This document shows, in pieces, positions 12,753-23,750 of a DNA stretch of 64,000 nucleotides. Position 1 is the first letter of the stretch. Every line of letters starts with the position of its first letter. Made by a program: the position numbers and the translations under genes. Below the pieces are notes generated by a model that saw only the letters and a program-made list of their open reading frames with translations, ran no database searches and was not told where the DNA came from. Source of the DNA: Callorhinchus milii (lineage: Eukaryota); the NCBI RefSeq assembly GCF_018977255.1, contig NW_024704743.1:42038001-42102000 (forward strand), in the 5' to 3' direction.

Positions 12753-12989
12753 TAGATTTGTGGGATATTGCTGTGTGCAAATTGTTTGCCTACAAATTCA
12801 CAGTCGTTACAGTCCTGTGAATTACTTTGAGATATTTTAACAATGTGATAAATAATAATATAATAATCCTTGCATTTGATATATCGCCTTATCATGTCTT
12901 AAAAANGTCTCAAAGCGATTCATAGAATATACTGTAAAGTGTATATTTTGTGGGCGAAATGCAGCACCCAATGGCGCACAATTGATGAG

Positions 12990-13535
12990 GCCCCTTCTTC
13001 CTTAAAGCTTTCTCTCACTATCTTGCGCCTCTACAATTCTCTTCTCTTGCTTTTATTTCAGGGTTCCTGTCCCTTATATCATGTAATAATGATAATTCTT
13101 AAATTCTTATCAGATTTTAGAATTATCAGTATTACTCCTTCAGTTCATCCCAGATCAGAACTTATGAACAGTAGCTGTATCCCCACCTATATTGTAGGAT
13201 TTGGACAATAAAGATAGGGTTTCTTTGTGGAATTTCTCATGCTCATTTATTAAAATGTGTAACATGGGACGAGCAGCAAAAGAAAAATAAATTGGTTTCA
13301 GTAGCAGACAATAAGCGGTGATTCAGTTCTGGAAATGTCTGACCTGTACTCTGCATTACACTGAGCATACAGGGATCAGTGAGTTGGTATGAGGAGAATT
13401 GCAATTGGTTGCAGAGTGGTAAAAGACACAGATTAAAATAAACATGGTATTAGGGACAGGAGCCCTGAAATAAAAGGAAGGGAAAACAATTGTAGAGGTT
13501 CAAGAGAGTGAGAGAAAGCCAGAAGGAAGAGGGGA
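12990..13535. repeat. Inverted repeat, about 95-bp arms (12990-13085 and 13440-13535), about 355-bp spacer
   Basis: ctttctctcactatcttgcgcctctacaatt...cttttatttcagggttcctgtcccttatatcatgt matches the reverse complement ctttctctcactctcttgaacctctacaatt...cttttatttcagggctcctgtccctaataccatgt. Confidence 0.8.
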
Positions 13536-13942
13536 CATGAAAGAAATTTAAAGAAAGGGAAAGAGATAGGAGAAAAATGAAATTATATAGAGGGAGAAAG
13601 AAACAGTATCAGAAGAGGGCTACTAAGTAGATATGTGGGGGTGGATCCAGCATTTCTTTGGTGGGACCTGCACTGTTTATTACAAAAGTGAAATGCAAAA
13701 AAAATTTAAAAAATGTTAAGATATGTTAAAATTGTCAAAAACCAAGAGCAAAATGTTAAAATAATATTTATATTTCAAGTCTAAAAACTTTAAGGAGTGT
13801 GTCAACATATACACAAAGTATTGAGTTAACATATTCACAACAGATTCACAATGAGGAAAATAGCCTACGTGGGTGTTTTCTAATACATTTATCTACACCT
13901 TGCTCAAATTGTATATTTATATATATGTTTCACTGCCTGTAG

Positions 13943-14102
13943 TGATTCCGGTATCCCTATACTGGCAAGCAGCAGCAAATCAAAAAGAAACTTTAAAGGA
14001 TCTTTGGGCTTCCCTACATTCACTGGAGCCTTTGTCTGTTCCTGTCAGCCGGTGTCACAGTGTACACCGTCTAACTGTATTCCGTGTATTTATTCTCACA
14101 AG
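13943..14102 (+). CDS. Candidate internal exon, product unknown
   Basis: Acceptor gtttcactgcctgtag, donor AAG|gtatgt, 160 nt of non-repeat sequence. Two frames are open (one gives DSGIPILASSSKSKRNFKGSLGFPTFTGAFVCSCQPVSQCTPSNCIPCIYSHK). No homology recognised. Confidence 0.25.
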
Positions 14103-14319
14103 GTATGTATTATCAGACGCCATACACTGCCTTCCTTAATTTGCACTGGCATTACACTGATCTGCCAATCAGGCACAGTTCCCTGAGGCTGTTTACTGCT
14201 GCCATTGAAAATTCATTCTCAAAGCTTCATGTATTCTGCCATTATTGAGGTACATTTTCAGTATAAAAAAAGTTACAGGCTACAAATTTTGATTTAGTCT
14301 GTTTCCTGATCGGTGTTTA

Positions 14320-14620
14320 GTCTGTTTCCTACCATCGGTGGTCGGGCCTTCAGCCTCTCAGCCCGGAGGCTCTGGAACTCTATCCCTCAGTGCCTTCGCC
14401 GCCTCCTCCCTTTCCTCCTTCAAGGCCGGTCTCAAGACCTTTGACCGTGCCTTCAGCTCCCCTCTCGACTCTCTACCCCCTCCTCGCTCCCTCGCTTCCC
14501 TCCCCTCACCCTGACCATTTCCCCCCGACGCTCGGGTCCTGACCCAACTGTACAGCGCCTTGGGATGTCCTCCCGACGTGAAAGGCGCTCTATAAATGGA
14601 ATCTTGTTGTTGTTGTTGTT
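14320..14620 (+). mobile_element. L2-clade LINE 3' end with stem-loop and (TTG)n tail
   Basis: Encodes TIGGRAFSLSARRLWNSIP (L2 ORF2 C-terminus). Hairpin agcgccttgggatgtcctcccgacgtgaaaggcgct. Tail tataaatggaatcttgttgttg. Confidence 0.9.
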
Positions 14621-15049
14621 GATCTGCAGCATTGACATGCCACTTTTAAGCCCAAAGATAGTGTTTAGATAGGGGATTCCCTCAAACTCTACCATTGTGT
14701 GAAGAAATGGAATGAGGGGAGGATTTTTAGAAAACAGAGCTTGTAACAACAAGATTGTTATAAGTTTAAACAGTTACATTATTTGAAGCACAGCAATAGG
14801 ATTCCAAATGTAATGCCTGCAGTTAGATGATAGACCAAATATAAAAAAAACTTAATGTGGCCAGATATTACTGCAGATATAATTGTTTTCAATAGCAGCA
14901 AGAAAACGATCTAACCCCAACAAGCTGAGCTTTCATAGAATATGTCTCTTCAGATTTATGACCAATCTAAGCAGTTTAGGAAAAGGAAGAAATGTCTAAA
15001 TGCTCGACGTTTGGTTTTATCACAGTAGGTAATTGTCAGCGAATCAATA

Positions 15050-15385
15050 TTATTATTATTATTGATAATAATAATTCACATTGCAATTGTCATGTCAGAG
15101 GATGTCTCAAAGCACTTCACAGGATTTACTGTAAAGTAATGGCTCTGTGTGCCTAGAAATCCAGTCACTACACTTCACAGTAAATCCTGGATGGTTCTTT
15201 GAGACACCCTTCCAACATGAAAGGTACTATATAAAATACAAGGGTAAGCTTTCATTGTATATCTGGGGGATTATTAGTCAGGACACCTGGAAGAACACCT
15301 TTTTCTTTTTTGAATAGTGTCATAGGATCTTCAACTCCACTGAAACATATAGATCGGTCCCATCCGAAAGATGGATTCAACAATA
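15050..15385 (-). mobile_element. Degenerate Deu-type SINE pieces, with a second tail in opposite orientation
   Basis: gtcaggacacctggaagaacacc...gaatagtgtcataggatcttcaac is the reverse complement of the Deu domain. Confidence 0.6.
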
Positions 15386-15707
15386 ATTATAGCACAATTG
15401 TAATAAAGACAAGTCAGATGGTGTGGTCTATCATATTCCAATTGCTAAAGAAAGGATTTTTAAAAATTTATCAGTACATTTTCCATTTGAAACACAGAAT
15501 AAAAAAGCCATATTTAGTATTTGTCCGTGATAGATCCCATTACTGTATAAACAGTAGAGAGCCAGGCATTACTTGAAATCAGCTGCTTTGTGGACAAGAA
15601 AATAGTATGTTTATCAGGTCTCTGTGATTCTGTCTGTGCGTGTATCTCTTTGCCTCTCTAAATGCCCCTGTGTATTTATATCTCTCAGGCTAATTCAATA
15701 CTTAGCA

Positions 15708-16076
15708 TGGAGTCCTGTAGCTCAATGGTTAGAGCACTTGCCTCACAAGCGAGAGACCAAGTTTCGATTCTTGGGCAGGCTGAAACGTTGGGAAAATGTC
15801 CTTACTCCACATGCCTCTGTTTACCTAGGAGTACATAGAAACATGGTTGTTAGTCGATTAGCCGATCGCTTTTCCGGGAGTAATAATTCCTTCAAAAAAA
15901 TATTAGTCACTAATTCCACGACTTTGTGGTACCCTGATGTGCGCAATTGACTGCCATGTTTCGCCCACAAAATATACAGTCAATTCACTTTACAGTATAT
16001 TCTGTGAAGCTCTTTGAGACGTCTCAAAGATGTGTTAAGGCACTATATCAAATTCAAGGATTATTATTATTATTAC
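15708..16076 (+). mobile_element. tRNA-headed CORE-type SINE, full length
   Basis: Head ggagtcctgtagctcaatggttagagcact...gtttcgattc, core ccttactccacatgcctctgtttacctag, tail tatcaaattcaaggattattatt. Confidence 0.92.
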
Positions 16077-16267
16077 TTACACAGATCGAATCGCTCCACC
16101 TCATTCTGCTCAGGAAAAATCACATACCTGGTAAATGTTCCATATGTTTACGCAAATAAATATTTTTGGCAACATCACAGCTTGATTTCATTCTAGGGGT
16201 TTTGTGCGCATATGCCAACATGGAGATTGACAGTGTGTGGGAAATTGTTATTTCACTATATTGCATA

Positions 16268-16640
16268 TTAATAATCCTTGCATTTAATATTGCGCCTTTC
16301 AAGTCAGGAGGACATCTTAAAGCTCTTCACTATAAAGTGCAGTAACTGTATATTATGAGGCAGCCAATTTTCACGGCAGTATCTCACAATCAGTAATGAA
16401 GTGAATAGTCAATTTTATCTGGGGTATTGTTGGCCATGGAACCAGGAGAAATTCCTTACTCTTCTCAAATAGGGCCACAGAATCTTTAAGATCCAACCAG
16501 GCAAAGTGACCTTAGTTTAATATCTTAACTGAAGGACAGCACCTCCAACAATATAGTGCTCCCCAGACTGCAGTGGAGTGTCAGCCTAGACCATGTGAGT
16601 TTAAAGTCTCGATGCGGAGTTTGAACCCACAACCTGATGA
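16268..16640 (-). mobile_element. Deu-domain SINE
   Basis: Tail, gaaggacagcacctccaacaat...ctgcagtggagtgtcagcctaga and tttgaacccacaacc (B-box), all as reverse complement. Confidence 0.85.
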
Positions 16641-17794
16641 GCCCAGAATTCCCAAAACAAGTGAAAGTGGTAAAAAAAAAGTGTTTTTTTGTAAGATTAG
16701 TACTATCTCAAAGAATGAGATCTAAATCAAGTGTATCTAATTCTATATTACATGTAAGAGTTATGACTTTATGTAACATTTTGGGGGTTTAAGGAAACTG
16801 CAGCCTCTCTTATTGTATGAGTGAAATAGTTCAGGTTCACCTTTATTTTAGTTGTCCAATTCAAATATCAAGATAGAGAATAATAAGTTGAATTCTCATG
16901 AAAAACTTTTATATAAAGTAATATTAAATTATCGTTTGTAGCAGAGTTTAAAATGGCAGCTTCCATAGCACAATGATCAATATGTATGAAAGGGTATTTG
17001 TATTTATTTAAATGCTGCTGATATGACAGAAAATTGCCATTTTTTAATCCATTAATACTGAAGCAAATTATCTCAGCACCATACCATGAACCAAAAGGAG
17101 GAATTTCAATTTAGTCGTAATGACTCTAATCATTCTACAAGGCTATTCCAAGAGAAAGTATTTTTTNCTTCAATGTTAATCAGCATTCCAATACTCATTT
17201 ATGAAACTGGGATCAATGAATATCCAGAAATGTTAAAGAGAAATTTGAGTACATTAACGATGTACTTTATACTGGATGCAAATGATAACTTGGAATAATA
17301 CCCGATAGCTTGTATTTTTAACAAAACTATTATGTATTTAATTCATTTTGATGCATCTGTCAGGATTTCAAAAATCAATAACATAAATTATTCCGGTATT
17401 TGGTAAAATGTCTTTTTTGATTTTTTTAATATAAAAACATGTTTATTAGTTCTCTCACATCCTCTTTATAACATCTTTTGTAATCAAACAAAAACATTAC
17501 TGTAATTTGTAAAGCTTGTCAAACAGTGAAGACAGACAATGTAGTTTCTGTGTTTGCTAGAAAAATGAAGAGCTCGTATGCATAATCTTTAAAGACTACA
17601 AATCACAATACATGGCAGAATAGAGGGGCAAGGCATTGTCACTCCAATGGCTCTACAATGTGCTAATAGGAAACAGATTCAAGCCCTCATTCCGTAACAT
17701 TAAGAGTTACAATCTCTGCCGTTCACCATGTGGGTGCCACATATTTTCTCACTGAAGAATGGTACAGGTCTTGCTAATGAACTTATAAGTCACT

Positions 17795-17940
17795 TACTGT
17801 GCGCAATTGGCAATTGGCTGCCGCGTTCGCCCACAAATATACAGTCAATTCACTTTACAGTGTGTTCTGTGAAGCGCTTTGGGATGTCCTCCCGACGTGA
17901 AAAGCGCTATATCAAATGCAAGGATTATTATTATTATTAT
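17795..17940 (+). mobile_element. Young SINE 3' fragment with intact L2-type stem-loop and (TTA)n tail
   Basis: gaagcgctttgggatgtcctcccgacgtgaaaagcgctatatcaaatgcaaggattattatt. Confidence 0.88.
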
Positions 17941-18129
17941 ACACTTGACAACAACTCGTGAGAAGATCTGCTGCACAAAGATTCAGTTCAGGATGTCCAA
18001 TTGGACAGCAGCCCAATTGGACCTAACCAAATGAAGAAGTAATATGTAAAAAGTAACTCAATAATTCTTCCACCTAGGATAACTAACCTAGGATAACTAA
18101 AATTCATCACAATAACACTTGAATGTGAT

Positions 18130-18430
18130 ATAGTCCCTGGAACCTCAATGTCTCAAAACATTTTATAGTAATTACAGTTAAGTGTAATGAATATTTAGGT
18201 GAAGCAGCAGTCAATTTGTGCACACCAATGTTCCACCAACAGCCATGAGATGAATGATCAGTTTATCGAGGGAATTGTTGGTCAGGACTCCATTCTCTTT
18301 TGGAATAGTGCCGTGAGATCTTTATAGTTCTCCTGAACAGGCAGATGGGACTTTATTTTCACATCTCATTTGAAGGAAAACTCCAACGATACAGCACTCC
18401 CATAGCACTGCACTTGAATATAAGTCTGGC
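18130..18430 (-). mobile_element. Deu-domain SINE, degenerate
   Basis: ggaatagtgccgtgagatcttta...cctgaacaggcagatggg...acagcactcccatagcactgcact. Confidence 0.75.
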
Positions 18431-19250
18431 CTATTTTTATTATTCATCAGAATAGCTTCTTTGATCTGCCATCTTGTGAGTTGGTGAAGCAACTTAGCCT
18501 TAAACTACAGTAATTCTGTACTATATTGAATGGGTGTTGTGAACAGGGTGAAGAATGAAGGCCATTGTAATATATGTACAGCATACATTGAGTTTTAATT
18601 TTATCTTGAATTTATAGAAATGATAAAAGTCAGTATTAGGAACTATTTAAAATAAAGGTTTATGTCATCTACTAGGTGATTGACTATTAATTTGCACTAA
18701 CTGAAATGAATTATTTATTAATGAGAAAGGGATCTTTATCATAAATCTTCCCCTACCCTGATTCCTTAAACTAAAAGCAATAGAAAGTCAAAACATCCCT
18801 CATTCATCATTCTGATAGCTTTTTCAGATCATGCACAATTGATATACTCTTCACATAGATTAGGCATAATTGCACACAAATAAAAGACACAAACTACAAT
18901 CTTGCTGGATGTTAAGTGCTTTCAGTAGGTGGATGAATACATATTTACAATGTGATCGGTCAATTCAGCGGGTATTACTTTAAGTACTAATAGTGCAATT
19001 TCATATACCACCAGATCAACAACAATGACTTGCATTCATATAATGCAATTCACACAGCATGGTGTTTCAGAGTGTTGTACAGGGGAGCGGTTGGATACCA
19101 AAAGTAAGTTTTTTCACCAAAAGTAATATCCTAGACTTGTCCTGTCTGCGCACAAACTGCCATTGTCCATGTCCTGGTGTGTTTCTATTGGAACTGGGGC
19201 ATCTTAAAATGTCTCTCATATGTTGGATTAGTTTTCTATCCCTATTATAG

Positions 19251-19320
19251 CAAATACAATGGTTGAAGGACCATTATGGATGACTTCAACAGTTTATACG
19301 TCTGATTCGATGAACAGCAG
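19251..19320 (+). CDS. Candidate exon A of an unidentified gene
   Basis: Acceptor ttttctatccctattatag, donor CAG|gtatta. Only one frame is open: NTMVEGPLWMTSTVYTSDSMNS. Confidence 0.35.
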
Positions 19321-19403
19321 GTATTAAATGCTAGTCGGATCTTGTATCCAAGTGAATCTTTTGGATATTTATTCAATTTTCTTTTCTTCTCTGGTCTCTC
19401 CAG

Positions 19404-19545
19404 GCCACCTCCCACCTACAGACAAGAAGCAGATGACAGGCGTGCTGGGGGGCAATCTGCTCCCAAGACTCCATCTGTGAATACCTCAGATTACCAGCCG
19501 CCAGGAGGTGTGAGAGAGCAGCTCTCTGCAAGATGTATCTTCTAG
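19404..19545 (+). CDS. Candidate exon B, in frame with exon A across an 83-nt intron
   Basis: Strong acceptor ttttcttttcttctctggtctctccag. The spliced frame RPPPTYRQEADDRRAGGQSAPKTPSVNTSDYQPPGGVREQLSARCIF* is the longest open frame. A possible weak donor lies after 19507. Confidence 0.35.
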
Positions 19546-19869
19546 TAAAGGCTGACAAAAACTGAGAAATGTTAAGTAAAACCTTTTTCAGCCCCTGCTG
19601 AGTTAAGAGATTTGAATGTCGTCAATGTGGGGTTTATTTGAATCTCAAAATTATGAATCGCAAACAGAAAATGAAAATAACACAACAAATTTAGTTTAGG
19701 CAGAAAGCATTTAAGACCCCAAATTCTATCTTCTCTGCTGCACACACTTCCTGTTCACTTACCAACACAACTTTGACTATAATTTAGTGTTTGTGTGAAA
19801 TATAACAAGGGGCATATGTTTAATTTCAAGAGAACAGCTTTCAAAATTTACAGAGACTACAATTGAACA

Positions 19870-20345
19870 ATACAAAGAGTATAACATGGTTTTACTAGGA
19901 TTATACCAGAGCTAGCAGATTGATGCTTTCAAGATAGATTGGATAGGTTAGGCCTTTTTTTTGCTAGAGAAGAAATGTTTAAGAGTGGAATTAAAAAAGG
20001 TGTTTAAAATTATAAAATGGTTCAATAAGTTTTATGTAAAGAGGCTGTTCCTGTTTTTTGTGGAATCTGTAACCAGGGGACACAAGTATAAGATAGTGAT
20101 TAGGGGATCTAAAAGAGAATTTAGGAGGAACTACTTCAGGCAGAGGGTAGTGGGAATGTTAAACTCACTGCCTGAAACTGTGATTGAACCAGATAGTATA
20201 GATACATTCAAGAGGAAGCTAGATATATACATGAGGGAGCGGGTAATAGAATGGGCAGGAATAAGAAGTTGCTGGAGATATGTGGAGTATAAACACCGGC
20301 ACAAATTAGTTGGGCGAAATGTTCATTTTTATTGTAATATGTCTT
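19870..20345 (+). mobile_element. CR1 LINE 3' fragment
   Basis: LEKKCLRVELKKVFKII...TRGHKYKI...RRNYFRQRVVGMLNSLPETVIE..SIDTFKRKLD. 3' UTR tgtggagtataaacaccggcac resembles that at 5094-5115. Confidence 0.9.
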
Positions 20346-20639
20346 CACTTATCCAGAGAATAAGTCTTATCTTAAATGACAAAACATAATGTGAACTCAT
20401 GTATGATCTACTCTATAATGTAGGTTTACTCTATATATTAATGCTAAATTCATTCATTTTCAAATTCTGATTTTATGATTGTAAACTACAGGACATGAAT
20501 AAGGTTTTGTATAATTTCAATGTGTCATTATTGTAGCACCATGATGCATCATTAATTTCAGGTATAGTCAGGATTCTATCGTTATTATAAAAATATATTT
20601 AGCAACTGTTTGATGTGAAGTTTTCCTGTGTGTTGTGAT

Positions 20640-20850
20640 CATAATAATAATCCTTGCATTTGGTGTTGCACCTTTCAGGTTGGGAGTACATCTCAGGACT
20701 CTTCACAAGTTTAATTGTAAAGTGTACTGTAATGACTGTGTATTTTGTAGGTGAAAATGTCAGCCAATTTGCATATACTTTGCACACAGCAATGACCCAC
20801 AGACAGCAATGAAGTGAATGTTCAATTTTATCTCAAGGATTGTTGGCCTG
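20640..20850 (-). mobile_element. SINE 3' half
   Basis: ataataataatccttgcatttgg...cagccaatttg...cacagcaatgacccacagacagcaatgaagtgaatg. Confidence 0.75.
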
Positions 20851-20854
20851 GCAG

Positions 20855-21055
20855 CAGGAAAGGTGGTGGAGGCCAGGAAATTATATTCATTTGAAAAGTA
20901 GCTTGATGCAGTGATGGGTGGGTGTTAAGTGCTCTGAGATGCTACCCTGTGGGGAGGACGCTATATAAGTGCAAGTTGTTGTTGCTGTTCTGGAGGGATG
21001 AGATTGGGAGAGCCAAAGGACCTTCTTCATTCAGAACAAACGTTTGATCTTGTGA
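20855..21055 (+). mobile_element. Old CR1 3' end carrying a short L2 insertion (20923-20987)
   Basis: aggtggtggaggc...ttcatttgaaaagtagcttgatgcag and ttctggagggatgag...ccaaaggaccttcttcattc flank an L2 tail ending tataagtgcaagttgttgttg. Confidence 0.7.
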
Positions 21056-21493
21056 AATCAATATATATTGACTGTCTTCAGGCTGGATCATACTTTCTGC
21101 CTGTCTCGTCATACCATTGCACTGAAGCTTCCAACGGCTCCATTTGGAGAATGGTTAGCTTCACAGGATATTGATTTAATTGAATCTGAGTAAAGTGAAC
21201 AGTTTTACCTCCTTCTCCAGCCTGCATTCCCTGGTCCAGTGGAACTTCACCTTGTGAAGATCTCTATAATGAAGACAACTCTATATTCAGCTCACTTTTG
21301 CTCAGTCGATTTTTTTTCCCCATTTGAAACTTGTAGCGAACTAAACTATCAAACATGAAAGAAGACATCTCATTAATAAAGTAAGAAATAGGCTTATCTA
21401 TTAACTTCGTTTGATAGCATTTCTAGAATTTATCAAATTCTTATAATTGTCTTTAATTTTGAAACTGGTTTCCTGTAAGTAACTATAATTCTG

Positions 21494-21820
21494 TGGAGTA
21501 CTGTAGCTCAATGGTTAGAGCACTCGCCTCGCAAACGAGAAACCTGGATTCAATTTCCAGCAGGGTGAAATGATGGCCAAGTTTCTGTTCTCCACTTGCC
21601 TCTGTTTACTTATCAGTAAATAGAAATCCAGTTGTTAGTCAATTGGTGGATCACATTTTTGGGAGTAATAATTAATTTTAAAAAAGTAATCTATGACTGT
21701 TTGAAGGACACTGCCGTGCGCAATTGGCTGTCACGTATAGTTTTCTCTGTGAAGCACTTTTAGACATCTCGAAGACGTGATAAGATGCTATATCAAATGC
21801 AAGGATTATTATTATTATTA
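21494..21820 (+). mobile_element. tRNA-headed CORE-type SINE, inserted in a fold-back element
   Basis: Head tggagtactgtagctcaatggttagagcactcgcctcgcaa, core and (TTA)n tail. Confidence 0.9.
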
Positions 21821-23549
21821 TAGAAAATAGGCTTCAAATTTGAAACTGAATTCAGCAATTTGCCAAATTCTGCACGCACTGAAATGCTGTGAGTTCCCAA
21901 TGTGGTGCTGAGAATAATGTGGCACTCACACTATTATCAACAGATCAAACAGCTTAGCAAAGGCCCAGAACAGGTTTGAATGCTGGCGGCACACCAGAAA
22001 GGTCATACATATTTCACCATAAATATGCAAAGCAGGTGCAAGCTGTCCCCTTGTTCTTTGGACACCTGATGTCTGGCCCCTGTGGTTGTTTCCACTAGGA
22101 ATTCGGTATTAGTTTGAAATGTAAACTGAAACTTAATAAAATCATGCTCTCTTTGTTGAAAAGGTTGCATCAGTCTCCGATTTGCTCTTGAACTTTGATG
22201 TTCAGTAGCTTGAGGAAGGTGACCAGCTATTTTAATGAGACAGGCACAGATTTTGATTATAGAAATTCATCATCAACATCAAATAAAAGTGGGGCCCAGC
22301 ATATTATTGGACTTTTTTTTATAAATTTCTGCTGATAGGCCATCAGATCCTGAGGCTTCACTCTTTTTGAGATTAAAAATTACTTTATGGATTTCAACTT
22401 CTGTTATAGGCTTTTGCAAATTGACTTTTCATGATCAGATAATTTATGGAGTTGGGAAGAAAGAAAGTAATTTTCGACAGAATATGGGACTTGGGGAGAC
22501 GAGTAATGATGTTTGTAAAAAGAAAAAAAACTTTTATGATTAACGTTTCATTGATTTTCCTTCCTCGGGTACAGCAGTCCTGCTAGCTTATCACAAAACC
22601 ACGATTACTTCTATAGACTGAGATATGGGACTCGGATGATGCAGCATCTAAAGTGAACACGCAATAGGTACAACAATGAGTCTTCCGCAAGACATACATC
22701 ATTTCAGACAGGTATGGTGGATACAATTTTACACTCATCATCTGGTCTATGTATTTCAATCCACGTGGGAGAAAAATGATCTTCTATATCTAGTTAACAT
22801 ATACAAGGGTAACTTGTTACTTGGTGATCATGAGTTCATTGTAATTAGTACTATATGAACAATACACCATTTGTTACTTCTACATAAACCATCAATAATC
22901 AGTTTCAGCCAAAAGATCAGATCATTCTTTAAATGTGATTATTTCCTGTACTAAGGTTCACATCTTCCCCCTTGCCCCCTGTGCACTTGAATGAGATCAA
23001 GAAATTGCATTTTGGGAAATCACTGTCACAAACCTGTCACAAACCTATGTTGTATTACTGTCGAACAGCAGCACATTGATCTAGTCTGGTATTTGGCTCA
23101 ATGTCAACATACATTACTAGTCTATCAATGGACAAAGCAAATACTGTAGAACATTTCTCTTTTAAAATGAAGAGCCTGAACTCCACAATAATTGGGACCT
23201 GTCATTATGGATATGTAAACAGTATGAATATTAGGTGTCTGTGCTTTTGAGCATCTCTCTGCTTCTCGAACAGTCTGCATGCATGTCTCTCTTCCTAGCT
23301 AGCGTCTTTGTTTGTATGTGTGTCTGTGTGTGTGTCTTTCTCTCTTTCCCTCTAATTGTGTTTGTGTATTTCTAACCCTACATTTACCTATATTCATATT
23401 GTTGTCACCTCACACTGCTCGGTAAACCTGGTAACATTGCACATCTAAATTTGTTGCTGATATTGCACTGACCTCATTTCCATATTTGGTGCCTATTGTG
23501 ATAAGTCAACATGAAGTTGTCATGCGGTTATGCAGTGTTCTACTGTATA

Positions 23550-23750
23550 TAATAATAAAAATCCTTGCATTTGATATAGCACTTGATCGCAACTTCGAGA
23601 TGTCTCAAAGCACTTCACAGTATATACTGCAAACTGAATTGACTGTATATTATTTTTTGAGGGCAAAACACGGCTACCAATTGCGCACAGCAGTGTCCCA
23701 TAAACAGTCGTGGACTGAAGTGACCAATTTATTATTATTATTTTTTTGGA
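23550..23750 (-). mobile_element. CORE-type SINE 3' half
   Basis: atccttgcatttgatatagcac...caattgcgcacagcagtgtcccataaacagtcgtgga. Confidence 0.8.

Noticed and set aside
15708..15780. tRNA genes at the SINE heads (also 7045, 21494, 30820, 46130)
   Set aside because: No intact acceptor stem; each runs straight into a SINE core and tail.
12906..17167. Single N bases at 12906 and 17167
   Set aside because: Assembly ambiguities next to homopolymer runs, not biology.
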